Shown here: piece by piece, positions 47,426 to 61,948 of the stretch
Numbering within the stretch: the first letter of the stretch is position 1
Layout of the letters: the number at the start of each line of letters is the position of its first letter
The notes under the pieces: model-generated
What the model was told of the DNA's origin: nothing
Database searches by the model: none
The model's input: the letters and a program-made list of their open reading frames with translations, nothing else
NCBI RefSeq assembly: GCF_009914755.1
Contig: NC_060928.1
Length of the DNA stretch: 64,000 nucleotides
From: the human T2T-CHM13v2.0 reference genome, Homo sapiens
Strand: one strand, 5' to 3'
Position numbers and translations under genes: made by a program

Positions 47426-48555
47426 CGATGCGGGGAGTAAGAGCCAGCCCTTCTTGCCCCCCTGGCTCTTAGGACCCCCATCGCAGGGGGGTGAGGCACC
47501 CCCCGCGATGCGGGGAGTAAGAGCCATCCCCTCTTGCCCCGCTGGTTTTTAGGATCTGCGGTGGACACACAGCCTGTTTATCATATTGTGAGTAATATCA
47601 TCTCCCGCTCTGGAGATTATGAACTGTTTCACAAACCGGTGTACACTCTGGGTATACAGAGATTGTACACCCGTCTTTATTGGGTGTCATATCATCCTCT
47701 TCCTCCCTGAATATTAAGAACAGTATCACATGGGTGTTTCTACTCCCTGGGATATCGCGTGTCATATCCTCCTCTCCCACGTTGCAATTAGAAACAATAT
47801 CAGTGGGGGCGAGTCCACCTTCTGTGATATTGAAAGTAATATCATCCTCTTCCCTCTGGGATCATGGGAACTATATCCTTGGTGGTGTCCACTTTCTGCC
47901 ATATATATAGTCCTATCACCCCCTCCGCCTTGGAATGTTATTAAGGACCATCTCACACGGGGGTGTACACTTCCTGCTATGTTGGGAGTAATAGCATTGT
48001 CTTCTTGCGTGAATATTAGGAGCAAAATCACCGGGTGGATGCACACCCAGTGCTATATTGGCAGTAACATCATACTCCAGCCCCTGGAGATTATATTCGG
48101 ATCAATATCACCGGCTGGGTGTACACCTACTGCGATGTTGAACGTAATATCATGCTCTCTCCCACCCTGGACATTAGGAGCAATATCACAGGTGGGTGTA
48201 CACTCACTGAGGTATTAGGGAGTAATATTAGTGTGAATTATACCTCATTTCTTATTAACATGAATATGAATGACCGATATTAATATTAATATTAAGAAAA
48301 ATTGCTAATAGTTTTCAGATTAATATTAATATGAATTATTAGGAGCTAATATTACTGTTTTCTAATGAATAAGATCAATATCAGTTATTAATATCAGACG
48401 TCATTAATCATTAATATTAATCATGTATTGTTATCATTAGTATAACTATTTAATATTAATTATCATTATTATCGGTATTGATTTGAAAAATTATATTATC
48501 AGTTATTAATATTGATAATTATTAGTGTCAATTAATAACTGAGATTATTAATTGC
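47426..48555. repeat. SATR1/SATR2-type satellite (~75-80 bp units) grading into an AT-rich low-complexity block (48230-48555)
   Basis: Recurring gatatt-gggag-taatatc-atcctctcccc-ctg-gatatt-aggaac-aatatc-acagggg-tgtacac; GC-rich variant units at 47426-47555. Confidence 0.88.
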
Positions 48556-48577
48556 GGTAAGTCGCATTGCGCCATTC

Positions 48578-51500
48578 CACCCCACTTCAGCAGCTCGTTT
48601 ACGACCCAAAACGGGGTCACAAATGCCCCTGAGAGAGCAGCGGTAGACTGGGATAGATGAGGATAGTCACGTGGTGGAGAGGCGTGTTTTTGGGTACCAG
48701 CCCTTCACCTGCGTCGACCTTCTCAACTGGAAAAACAATACACCGCCCTATACCGAAAAGCCACAAGCCCTAATTGATTTGCTCCAAACTGTTATACAGA
48801 CCCACAACCCCACCTGGGCTGATTGGCACCAGTTGCTCATGTTCCTCTTTAACAGCGAAGAAAGGCGGAGAGTCCTCCAAGCAGCAACTGAGTGGCTAGA
48901 GGAACATGCACCAGCTGATTATCAAAACCCCCACGAGTATGGAAGGACCCAGTTGCCAGGAACAGACCCCCAGTTGGACCCACATGAAAGAGAGGATATG
49001 CAAAGGCTAAACCGAGACAGGGAAGCTCTCTTGGAAGGATTAATGAGGGGAGCACAGAAGGCCACAAACGTTAACAAGCTCTCTGAGTTCATTCAGGGAA
49101 AAGAACAAAGTCCAGCACAATTGTACGAGAGACTGTGGGAGGCCTATCGTATGTATACGCCCTTTGATCCCGATAGCCCTGAAAATCAGCGCATGATTCA
49201 CATGGCTTTAGTCCGTCAAAGCGCAGAAGACATGAGAAGAAAACTGCAGAAACAGGCTGGGCTTGCAGGGATGAATCCATCCCAATTACTAGAAAGAGCT
49301 AGCCAGGTGTTTGTAAACAGGGATGCAGTAAGCCATAAGGAAAACGGCAAAGAGAATGGAGGTCAGGCCCGGTGACACGCCGACCTGTTTGTCAGCTGCA
49401 GCAATCAGAGGGCCCCCCCCAAAGAGGCAAGGGAAGGGGGGCCCTGGGAAAGAAACTCAGCTTGGCTGTCAGAGTTTGCAGCATAACCAGTGTGCTTATT
49501 GTAAAGAAATAGGACAGTAGAAAAACAAATACCCTCAGCTTAAAAGAAAACAAGGTGACTCAGAGCAGGAGGCCCCGGACAATGAGGAAGGGGCCCTGCT
49601 CAACCTGGCAGAAGGGTTCTTGGACAGAGGGAGACCGGGCTCAAGCGTCCCCAAAGAGCCTGTGCTCAGAATGACAGTCGGGGGTGGAGACACTGACTTT
49701 CTTGTAGATAGCGGTGCTGAACATTCGCTAGTAACCGCCCCAGTCGCCCCCTTATCCAAAAAGACTATTAACATCATCGGAGCCACGGGGGTTTCAGCAA
49801 AGCAAGCTTTCTGCTTGCCTCAGACTTGTACTGTAGGAGGACATCAAGTTATTCATCAGTTTTGGTACATGCCTGACTGTCCCTTGAACTTTTCAGGAAG
49901 GGACTTGTTCAGCAAGCTGAGAGCCACTATCTCTTTGACAGAGCATGGCTCTTCGCTGCTAAAGTTACCCGGAACGGGAGTCATTATGACCCTTATGGTC
50001 CCCCGAGAGGAGGAATGGAGACTTTTCTTAACTGAGCTGGGCCAAGAGAGAAGACCAGCTCTGGCTAAGCGGTGGCCAAGAGTATGGGCAGAAGACAACC
50101 CTCCAGGATTGGCCAGTTAAGACTGGGGCCCTGCCAGTGAGGCAAAAAGAGGAGCCGGTCCCCAGAGAAGCCCTTCAAGGTATCCAGGTCCGTCTCAAGC
50201 ACCTAAGAACTTTTGGAATGATTGTTCCTTGTCAATCTCCATGGAACACTCCCATCCTTCCTGTTCCCAAGCCATGGACCAAGGACTACTGGCCGGTACA
50301 GGATTTGCGCTTGCTTCATCAAGCTACACTGACTTTCCACCCAACAGTACCTAACCCGTCCACATTGTTGGGGTTTCCACCAGCTGAGGACAGCTGGTTC
50401 ACCTGCTTGGACCTGAAAGACGCTTTCTTTCCTATCAGATTAGCCCCCGAGAGGCAGAAGCTGTTTGCCTTTCAGTGGGAAGATCCGGAGTCAGGTGTCA
50501 CTACTCAGTACACTTGGACTGGGCTTCCCCAAGGGTCCAAGAACTCCTCCACCATCTTCGGGAGGCATGGGCTCGAGACCTCCAGAAGTTTCCCAGCAGA
50601 GACCTAGGCTGCGTGTTGCTCCAGTAGGTTGATGACCTTCTGCTGGGACACCCCACGGCAGTCGGGTGTGCCAAGGGAACAGATGACCTACACCGGCACC
50701 TGGAGGACTGTGGGTAGAAGGTGTCCAAGAAGAAAGCTCAGATCTGCTGACAGCAAGTACGTTACTTGGGATTGACTATCCGACAGGGGTCGGAACGCAG
50801 CCCAGGATCAGAAAGAAAGCAGGTCATTTGCCATCTAGCAGATCCTAAGAGCTGAAGACAGTTGAGAGAATTCTTAGGAGCTGTGGGGTTTTGTAGACTG
50901 TGGATCCCAAACTTTGCAGTATTAGCCAAGACTTTGTATGCGGTCACCAAGGGGGCGGGCACCGGGAACCTTTGAAATGCAGATCCCAACAACAGCAAGT
51001 CTTTCCTGAGTTAAAGGAAAAACTTCTGGCAGCCCCAGCCCTGGGGCTACCCGATCTGACAAAGCCTTTTCCATTGTATGCATCAGAGAGAGAAAAGATG
51101 GCTGCTGGACTTTGAACCCAAACAGTGGGGCCCAGGCCGAGGCAGGTGGCCTACCTCTCTAAACAACTAGACGGGGTTTTTAAAGGATGGCCCCCCTGTT
51201 GGAGGTCCTTGGCAGCAACTGCCCTGCTAGTACAAAAAGCAAATAAGCTGACTCTTGGGCAAAACCTGAACATAAAGGCCTCCCGTGCTGACTTTAATGA
51301 ATACTAAAGGACATCATTGGCTCACAAATGACACACTCACCAAGTACCAAACTTTGCTCTGTGAAAATCCCCGTATAACCATTGAAGTTTGTAACAGCCT
51401 ACACCCCGCCACCTTGCTCCCGGTATCAGAGAGCCCTGTCGAGCCTGGTTGTGTAGAAATGTTGGACTCAATTGATTCTAGCAGACCTGACCTCCGGGAC

Positions 51501-52642
51501 CAGCCTTGGGCATCAGGAGACTGGGAACTATATGTGGATTGGAGCAGCTTCTTCAACTCCCAAGGAGAGAGAGATGCAGGGTATGCAGTGATAACCCTGG
51601 ACACTGTTGTTGAAGCCAGATGGTTGCCCCAGGCCACATCAGCCCAGAAAGCTGAACTCATTGCTTTCACTGGGGCCTTAGAACTCAGTGAGGTTGAGAC
51701 TGTAAGCATTTACACTGATTCTCCGTATGTCTTTTGAAACTTTCAAGTGCATGGAGCATGATAGAAAGAAAAGGACCTATTGAACTCTGGGGGAAAAGAC
51801 AGAAAATATCAACAAGAAATCTTGCAATGATTAGAAGCAGTATGGAAACCCCACAAGGTGGCAGTTAGGCATTTCAGAGGACACCAGTGAGCTTCAATCT
51901 TGCTGGGTTTGGGGAATTCCTATGCTGACTCAGAGGCTCGAAAAGCAGCATCTGTCCCCTTATGGGTATCAGTGCTCCCTCAAGCACCTGATCTTGGACC
52001 TGCTTCTTCTAAAGAAGAAAAGGACTTTCTCCAGGTAGAGGGAAGCACAAGTGATGGAGGAAGGATGGATTCGGTTACCAGATGGGAGAGTAGCTGCGCC
52101 ACAGCTGCTGGGAGCTGCAGTTGTACTGGCTGTGCAAGAAACCACCCATCGAGGTCAGGAGTCACTGGAAAAGTTGTTAGGCCGGTATTTCTACATCTCG
52201 CCTTTGTCAGCCCTTGCCAAAACCGTGAGGCAGCGATGTGTTACCTGCTGACAGCATGATGCGAGGCAAGGTCCAGCCATTCCGCCCGGCATACGAGCTT
52301 ATGGAGCAGCCCCCTTTGAAGGTCTAAAGGTGGACTTCACAGAGATGCCAAAGTGTGGAGGTAACAAGTATGTACTAGTTCTTGGGCGTAATTACTCTGG
52401 ATGGGTGGAGGCCTATCCAACACGAACTGAGAAAGCTCGTGAAGTAACCCCTGTGCTTCTTTGAGATCTCATTCCTAGATTTCGACCGCCCTTAGGTATC
52501 GGCTCAGACAAGGGGCCTGCGTTTTTGGCTGCCTTGGTACAGAAGACAGCAAAGGTATTGGGGATCACACGGAAACTGCATGCTGCCTCCCAGCCTCAGC
52601 GTTCCGGAAAGGTGGAGCGGATGAATAGGACTATCAAAAATA
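48578..52642 (+). mobile_element. LTR-less HERV-E (ERV1) gag-pro-pol fragment, ~4.1 kb, defective
   Basis: Capsid YQPFTCVDLLNWKNN...; broken zinc knuckle CAYCKEIGQ*; protease FLVDSGA; RT PWNTPILPV, LDLKDAFF, LPQG, with YVDD mutated to *VDD (TAG 50625-50627); RNase H SAQKAELIA, IYTDS; integrase VDFTEMP, WVEAYPT, SGKVERMNRTIK. No LTR or env. Confidence 0.92.
48671..49375 (+). pseudogene. Open HERV-E gag capsid reading frame (234 codons, GTG start)
   Basis: Uninterrupted gammaretroviral CA; the upstream in-frame ATG (~48623) is followed by TAG seven codons later. Confidence 0.75.
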
Positions 52643-55152
52643 GTACTATTGTCTTCCCCGCTGGGTATTGGAAACAACAACACAAGGTGCGTCAAACCAC
52701 CTGCTACATTTGAGGGAATGTTATCATCTCCCCCCATCCCCCGGCCCCGGATATTAGAGACAATAACACAGGGGTGATGTACACCCACTGCTTTATTGGG
52801 AGTAATATCCTCTCCCTTCCTGGATATTAGGAACAATATCACACTGTGCGTGTACGCTTGTCGCGAAATTCAGTGGAATGTCATCCTGCGCCTCCCTGGA
52901 TATGACGAACAATATCACAGGGTATGTACAACTTCTGAGATATTGGGAGTGATATCATCCTCTCCCCTCTGCAAGTTAGGGACAATATCACAGGTGTAGT
53001 GTACACACTCTGGGATGTTGGGACTAATATCCTCCCGCCCACTGGATATTAAAAACCATATCACTAGGGGCGTGTACACACACTTCAATATTGGTATGAA
53101 TATCATCCTCACCCTCTTTGGATATTCGGTGCCATATTTCAGGTGGAGTATACACCACCCGCAATATTGGAAGTAATATGATTTTCTCCCCCCCCCCCCG
53201 GATATCAGAAACAATATCACAGGGGGTTGTGAACAACCTCTGCGATATTTGGAGTAATATCTTCATCTCCCCTCATGATTATTAAGAACAATATCGTAGG
53301 GGTGGGGGATGTACATCCCCTTTCATATTAGATATCATCCTCTTCCCCCTGGATATTAGGAGCAATATCAGGAAGGGATGCACAGACCCTGCTACCTTTG
53401 CTGTCATATAATTGTCTCTCCCCCAGATATTAGGAAAAAATGTCACTGGGGATGTGAACAGCCCTGCGATATTGACAGTAGTATCATCCTCTCCCCCGCT
53501 GCATACTGGGAACAACATCACAGGTGGGGTGTACTGCCTCTGTGATATTGAGAGTGAAATTTTCCTCTCTTCCCGTGGACATTAGGAAGGGTATCAGAAG
53601 GGGAGGGTGTACATTCCCTGTGATATTCAACGTAACCTTATCCTCTCCCTCCCAGGGTATTCAGAACAATATTACAGGAGGGATGTACACCCTCTGGGAT
53701 ATTGAGAGTCATATCATCCTCTTTCGCTCTGGATATTAGGAACAATATCACAGGGTTTGTACCCCCCCCCCCTGCGATATTGGGAGTCATACCATCCTCT
53801 CTCCCTATGGATATCAGTAAGAATATCAGAGGGCTGTGGAAACCCCCTGCGGTACTGGGAGTAATACCATCGTCTCTCCCTCTGAAAATAGGAGGATTTT
53901 CACAGGGATGTGTACACACCCTGCGATATTGGGAGTAAGATCATCCTCTTCACCCAGGAAATGACTAACAAGGTCAAGGGGGGGCGTACTCCCCCTGCGA
54001 TATTGGGAGTCATGTCGTCCTCCCCAAACCTGGATGTTAACAACGAGATCACAGAGGGGGTGTACACACCCTGCGACATTGGAAGTAATATGATCCTCTC
54101 CCCACCTGGATACTGGGAAGGATACCACAGCACGGGTATACGTTTTCTATGCTGTTGGGAGTAATATCATTCTTTTCCTTTCTGGATATTAGCAAGAATA
54201 TCACAGGGGTGCTGTACAATTACTTCGACATTGGGAGTAATATCATATCATACTCTATTTTCCTGGATATTGGGCACAAAAACACAAAAGGGTGTACAAC
54301 CCCTGCGATACTGGGAGTAATAGCATACTCTCCTTCCCTGGATGTTAGAAAACAATATCATCAGGGCTGAACACCCCTCGCGATAATGGGAGTCATATTT
54401 ACTCTTTCACAGGTCATTTGGAACAATATCACAGGGGGTGTTTACAAACAGAGGTGGTGTACACCCCCTGTGATATTGGAAGTAACATCATTCTCTCCAC
54501 CTACTGACATTAAGAACAATACCCCAGCGGGAGGTGGTACACCCCCAGTGATATTGCGAATAATGTCATGCTCTCCTTCCCTGGATATTAGGAACAATAT
54601 CACAGGGGGGTGTACACCTTCTGTGATATTGGAAGCAATATCATCCTCTCCCCCGCTAGATATTAGAAAAAAATATCACTCACGGTGTACACCCACTGTG
54701 ATATGAGGAGTAATATCTTCCTAGGGTATTACGAATAATTTCACAGTCCGTACACACGTGCTGTACACTCACTGTGATATTAGGAGTAATATCTACCTAG
54801 TAGATAACAAATACCATAGCAGGGTGTACACCCACTTTGATATTAGCTGTAATATATTTCTAAGTTGTTACAAATATCACAGGGTGTACAAACATGGTGT
54901 ACACTCACTGTGATATCAGGAGTCGTATCTCTGTAATATATTATGAATAATATCACAGGGTGTACACCCACTGTATTATTAGGAGTAATATCTCTGTAGG
55001 ATATTACAATTAAGATCACAAGGTGTAGAGCCACCGTGATATTAGGAGCAATATCTTTCTAGGATATTACAAATAATATCACAGGGTGTACGCCCACTCT
55101 GCTGTCTGGAGCAATATCTCCCTAACATATCAAAAATCCTATCACAGGGTGT
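52643..55152. repeat. SATR-type satellite array, roughly 30+ units, shortening toward the 3' end
   Basis: Repeated ggatattaggaacaatatcacagggggtgtacaccccctgcgatattgggagtaatatcatcctctcccc; shorter units after ~54700. Confidence 0.92.
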
Positions 55153-55375
55153 CCAATCTCTGCCTTCCAGGTTCTAAGGGATTCTCCTGCTTCAGCCTCC
55201 CGAGTAGCTAGGGTTACCAGCCACCACGCCCGGCTAATTTTTTTTTTTTTTTTTCACTGGAGATGGGGTTTCACCATGTTGGCCAGGCTGGTCTGGAATT
55301 CCTGACCTCAGGTGATCCATCAGCCTCGGCCGCCCAAAGTGCTGGGATTACGGGTGTGAGCCATGCCGCTGGGCC
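55153..55375 (-). mobile_element. Alu truncated at the satellite boundary
   Basis: Lacks the 3' part of the right arm and the tail; abuts acagggtgtc of the satellite. Confidence 0.88.
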
Positions 55376-56010
55376 AAGAGTTATATATTCAATTCATTTG
55401 GAAACACAGCTCCCATCTTTGAGCGTGCATGTACTTTTATGAAGAAATGATGTCAGAAAACCGAAGGATGATAATAAATATGAAAAGTAACAGGCATGTG
55501 AAAAGGTCTCCCGATTGAGAACTATAAGGTTCGATGTCGTTTTCAGATAATGTGGTCCTAGCTCTTGTGTCGTCCTTTTACATATTCTACATCAATAGAA
55601 GATGTAGCACGGTGTCAGAATAAAGTAGAGTGTATTTCACGGCTTCTTAATTTCTTTCAATTACACTGAGATCTTTTTCTTCAAGAGAGAAGGACATTGT
55701 CATGGCATTGTATTTTTTCTGAAAAGAGTAGGCTGTATTTTACTGAGATTACGGATTTGTTATATATGACGTTTTGGTCTTCTAATATTCTTCAGTGGAT
55801 TTTCTCTAAAGTAGTATGTACAGAAAGCCTTGTATAGCAAAAAAGTAAATCACGTAATAATTCTGAGATTTTTGGAATTGTCACAACTGAGAAACATTGC
55901 TGGCGGTGTATGGACCGCAAGTGTGAAGATGTTCCTTGTGAATTGCTTGCATCCAGCATTAAGGGCTGGTTTTTATCTTTTATTTTTCCAATACTCTTTC
56001 CTTCTCAAGG

Positions 56011-57014
56011 TGTCCAAGACACACAGAGCCACGGAATCTCACAGGTGTCTGAGAATTCCTCCTCCTGGGACTTTCAGAGGATCCAGAGCTGCAGTCGGTC
56101 CTCGCTTTGCTGTCCCTGTCCCTGTCCACGTATCTGGCCACGGTGCTGAGGAACGTGCTCAACATCCTGGCTGTCAGCTCTGACTCCCCCCTCCACACCC
56201 CCATGTACTTCTTCCTCTCCAACCTGTGCTGGGCTGACATCGGTTTCACCTCGGCCACGGTTCCCAAGATGATTGTGGACATGCAGTCGTATAGTAGAGT
56301 CATCTCTCATGAGGGCTGCCTCACACAGATGTCTTTCTTGGTCCTTTTTGCATGTATAGAAGGCATGATCCTGACTGTGATGGCCTATGACTGCTTTGTA
56401 GCCATCTGTCGCCCTCTGCATTACCCAGTCATCGTGAATCCTCACCTCTGTGTCTTCTTCGTTTTGGTGTCCTTTTTCCTTAGCCTGTTGGATTCCCAGC
56501 TGCACAGTTGAATTGTGTTACAATTCACCATCATCAAGAATGTGGAAATCTCTAATTTTGTCTGTGACCCCTCTCAATTTCTCAAACTTGCCTGTTCTGA
56601 CAGCGTCATCAATAGCATATTCACGTATTTCCATAGTACTATGTTTGGTTTTCTTCCCATTTCAGGGATCCTTTTGTCTTACTTTAAAATCGTCACCTTC
56701 ATTCTCTGGATTTCATCTTCAGATGGGAAGTATAAAGCCTTCTCCACCTGTGACTCTCACCTAGCAGTTGTTTGCTGATTTTATGGAACAGGCATTGGCA
56801 TGTACCTGACTTCAGCTGTGTCACCACCCCCAGGAATGGTGTAGTGGCGTCAATGATGTACGCTGTGGTCACCCCCATGCTGAACCTTTTCATCTACAGC
56901 CTGAGAAACAGGGACATACAAAGTGCCCTGCGGAGGCTGCTCAGCAGAACAGTCGAATCTCATGATCTGTTCCATCGTTTTTCTTGTGTGGGTGAGAAAG
57001 GGCAACCACAGTAA
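56011..57014 (+). pseudogene. OR7E86P: Olfactory receptor family 7E pseudogene
   Basis: [78 protein letters not shown]; stops at 56050, 56509 and 56776, frameshift ~56830, no ATG. Family call is firm; the specific symbol is inferred from position next to DEFB131A. Confidence 0.85.
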
Positions 57015-57776
57015 ATCTCTACATCTGCAAATCCTGCCCCTTAGTCACATTCTTTTTGTGGCTTGATGGCTTTTATTCCTTTCCGCATTTCCTTTGTGAA
57101 TATTGCTTTCTTCGTTATGCCTTTCACTGGAATGGGTGAGGATTCTGGGACCCTTTGTTTAGCAGAAACCTTATCACAGAATCCTCTATACCTAGGCAGC
57201 CTCTTTTAGTTTCTGAGCAATAACCCTGTCATCCAGGTGGAATCACAACCATCTTTTTATATACACGAAGTCCTCACTTCGTTTTGCAATTCCCTGAAAA
57301 CTGACTTAATGGAAACAATGTACAGGAGGTCCTCCAACACAATTGGTTGTTCAAAGTTGTGTAGTTATACTGTTGATGAAAAATAAGTGGTTTCACTGTA
57401 CATAATTTTGCTTCAAGGTGAAGTTTCCAAGAGAATTTCAAAGATGTTAAGTGAGGACATACTGTACATCAAATTCATATCCTCTTCCACAGTTCATGTG
57501 GAGTTTTTTTATGAACTGCTTCTAGAGAATCTATTTAGGCAGGTTAAGTGTAGAGATCCATGTTGCCGTTCCTCAATCTTGGCTTTGAGTCAACTCACCT
57601 GGGGAGCTTACAAATGATGAGGCCTGGGTCTCAATACCTGAGATTCTGATTTCCTTGCACCTGTGTGAGTATGTGGATTTTTTTTTTCTTTTAAAGCACC
57701 ACAGGTGGTTCCAATGACGAAGTTTTTAGAGGCATCAAGCTCCAATGAGGAAGAACAGAAATTAATTGTAATATGA

Positions 57777-58223
<447 letters not shown>

Positions 58224-58555
58224 TAGATTTATACACACATTGATTGCTACTTTATTATACACTTGCATATACATAAGATGGGAAATAGAAAAGAATAAGA
58301 TGGGCACAGTATCCCTGAAGTTTCACATTCCGAGACATTTTAAAAATATTTGCTCTTCAGAAATTTGTTTCAATGAAGAAACTGTGGTATACACACCCAG
58401 TGAAGTATTATTCAGCCTAAAAAGGAAGAAACTCCTCTCTGCTGCAGACAAAATGGATGAGATTGCAGGTCTGTATATTAAATGAAATAAGCCAGGCACA
58501 GAATGACAAATATTTCATGTCCTCACTTCTATGTAGGAAGAAAAAAGGAAACCTT

Positions 58556-58835
58556 GGCCAGGTGTGGTGGCTCAGGCCTGTAATCCCAGCACTCCGGGAG
58601 GCCGAGTCGCACGGATCACTTGAGTCCAGGAGTTCGAGACCAGCCTGGCCAACATGGTGAAACCCCATCTCTACGGAAAACACAAGCAATGAGCCGGGCT
58701 TCGTGATGCGTGCCTGTAGTCTCAGCTACTCAGAGGGCTGAGGCCCAAGAAGTGCTTGAACTCCGGAGGCGTAGCTTGCAGTGAACCCGGATTGTGCCTG
58801 CGTACTCCAACCTGGGCAACAGAAAGAGACTCCAT
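58556..58835 (+). mobile_element. Diverged Alu inside an L1M 3' fragment (58370-59020)
   Basis: ggccaggtgtggtggctcaggcctgtaatccc... Confidence 0.9.
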
Positions 58836-59124
58836 CACACACCTACACACAAAAGGAATCTCAGGAAGGTGGAAAGTATAAAGGTGGTTGGCAGACGCTA
58901 GGAAGAAAACGGGTGGCATAGGGAATGAAGACAAGTGGATAATTGGGTCCCAAAATACAGAAAGATGGAATAAGTGAGTTCTAGTGTTTGATAGTACAGT
59001 ATGAAAATTTTAGTTCACAAGAATTGCTTGCATATTTCCAGATGCTTTGGTAAGAAGCTTCCTAACTTTCTCATTATGCTGGTTTTTAAGCTCTTCTCTT
59101 TCTGCTCTTGAAATCATGCTGGGT

Positions 59125-59428
<304 letters not shown>

Positions 59429-59469
59429 ATGCTGTATCCTTATCTGTTGTCTGTTGTTGTTTGTTTGTT

Positions 59470-61470
<2,001 letters not shown>

Positions 61471-61948
61471 TTATAATTTTTCATATTTATACGTGGTATA
61501 TTTTCTCATAATAAAAGATGAAAATTAAAGCAGTTGGATGTTTAAAAAGAAAAGAAAGAAGCGAAGAATACACACCAGCTTTCTCCTGATTAGAGGAAGA
61601 ACCCCAAAACTTCTATGGACACTCACTTTTCTCTTCTTCTTCTTGCATTATTATGAGGAAATCCTTAGAGGTTGGGGAACTTGGGTGACTTTGGCTAATA
61701 AGGAGCTCTATGCCTTGAGCCCCCCAGGACACAGAATAGTAAATAGTCTGTGCCTCCAGCCCTGCAGTGTGAGGTCCAGTCCTGTGGGCTCCACAGACAT
61801 CACCTGTATCAGGAGGCTCACGTCTCACCCTGTCTTCTTGCCAGCCTTGAGGACGGAGCCTGAGCCTCCATGGTGCACCACACAGGGAAGACAGTGGACC
61901 TGTTCTCCGTGGTCATGGCCCAGCAGAGAGGAAGGACAGTTCAGTGAG

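Noticed and set aside
47598-48218. Overlapping ORFs of 60-162 aa in the satellite (also 52796-55034 and 63213-63969)
   Set aside because: Translations of tandem monomers (ILGVISSSP, DIRNNITG motifs) with no independent coding evidence.
52643-55152. Regularly spaced palindromic repeats resembling a CRISPR array
   Set aside because: The intervening segments are themselves repeated rather than unique spacers, there are no cas genes, and the context is primate satellite DNA.
55830-56183. 117-aa ATG-less ORF overlapping the OR7E 5' end
   Set aside because: Different frame from the receptor sequence; does not rescue the pseudogene, which has three stops and a frameshift.
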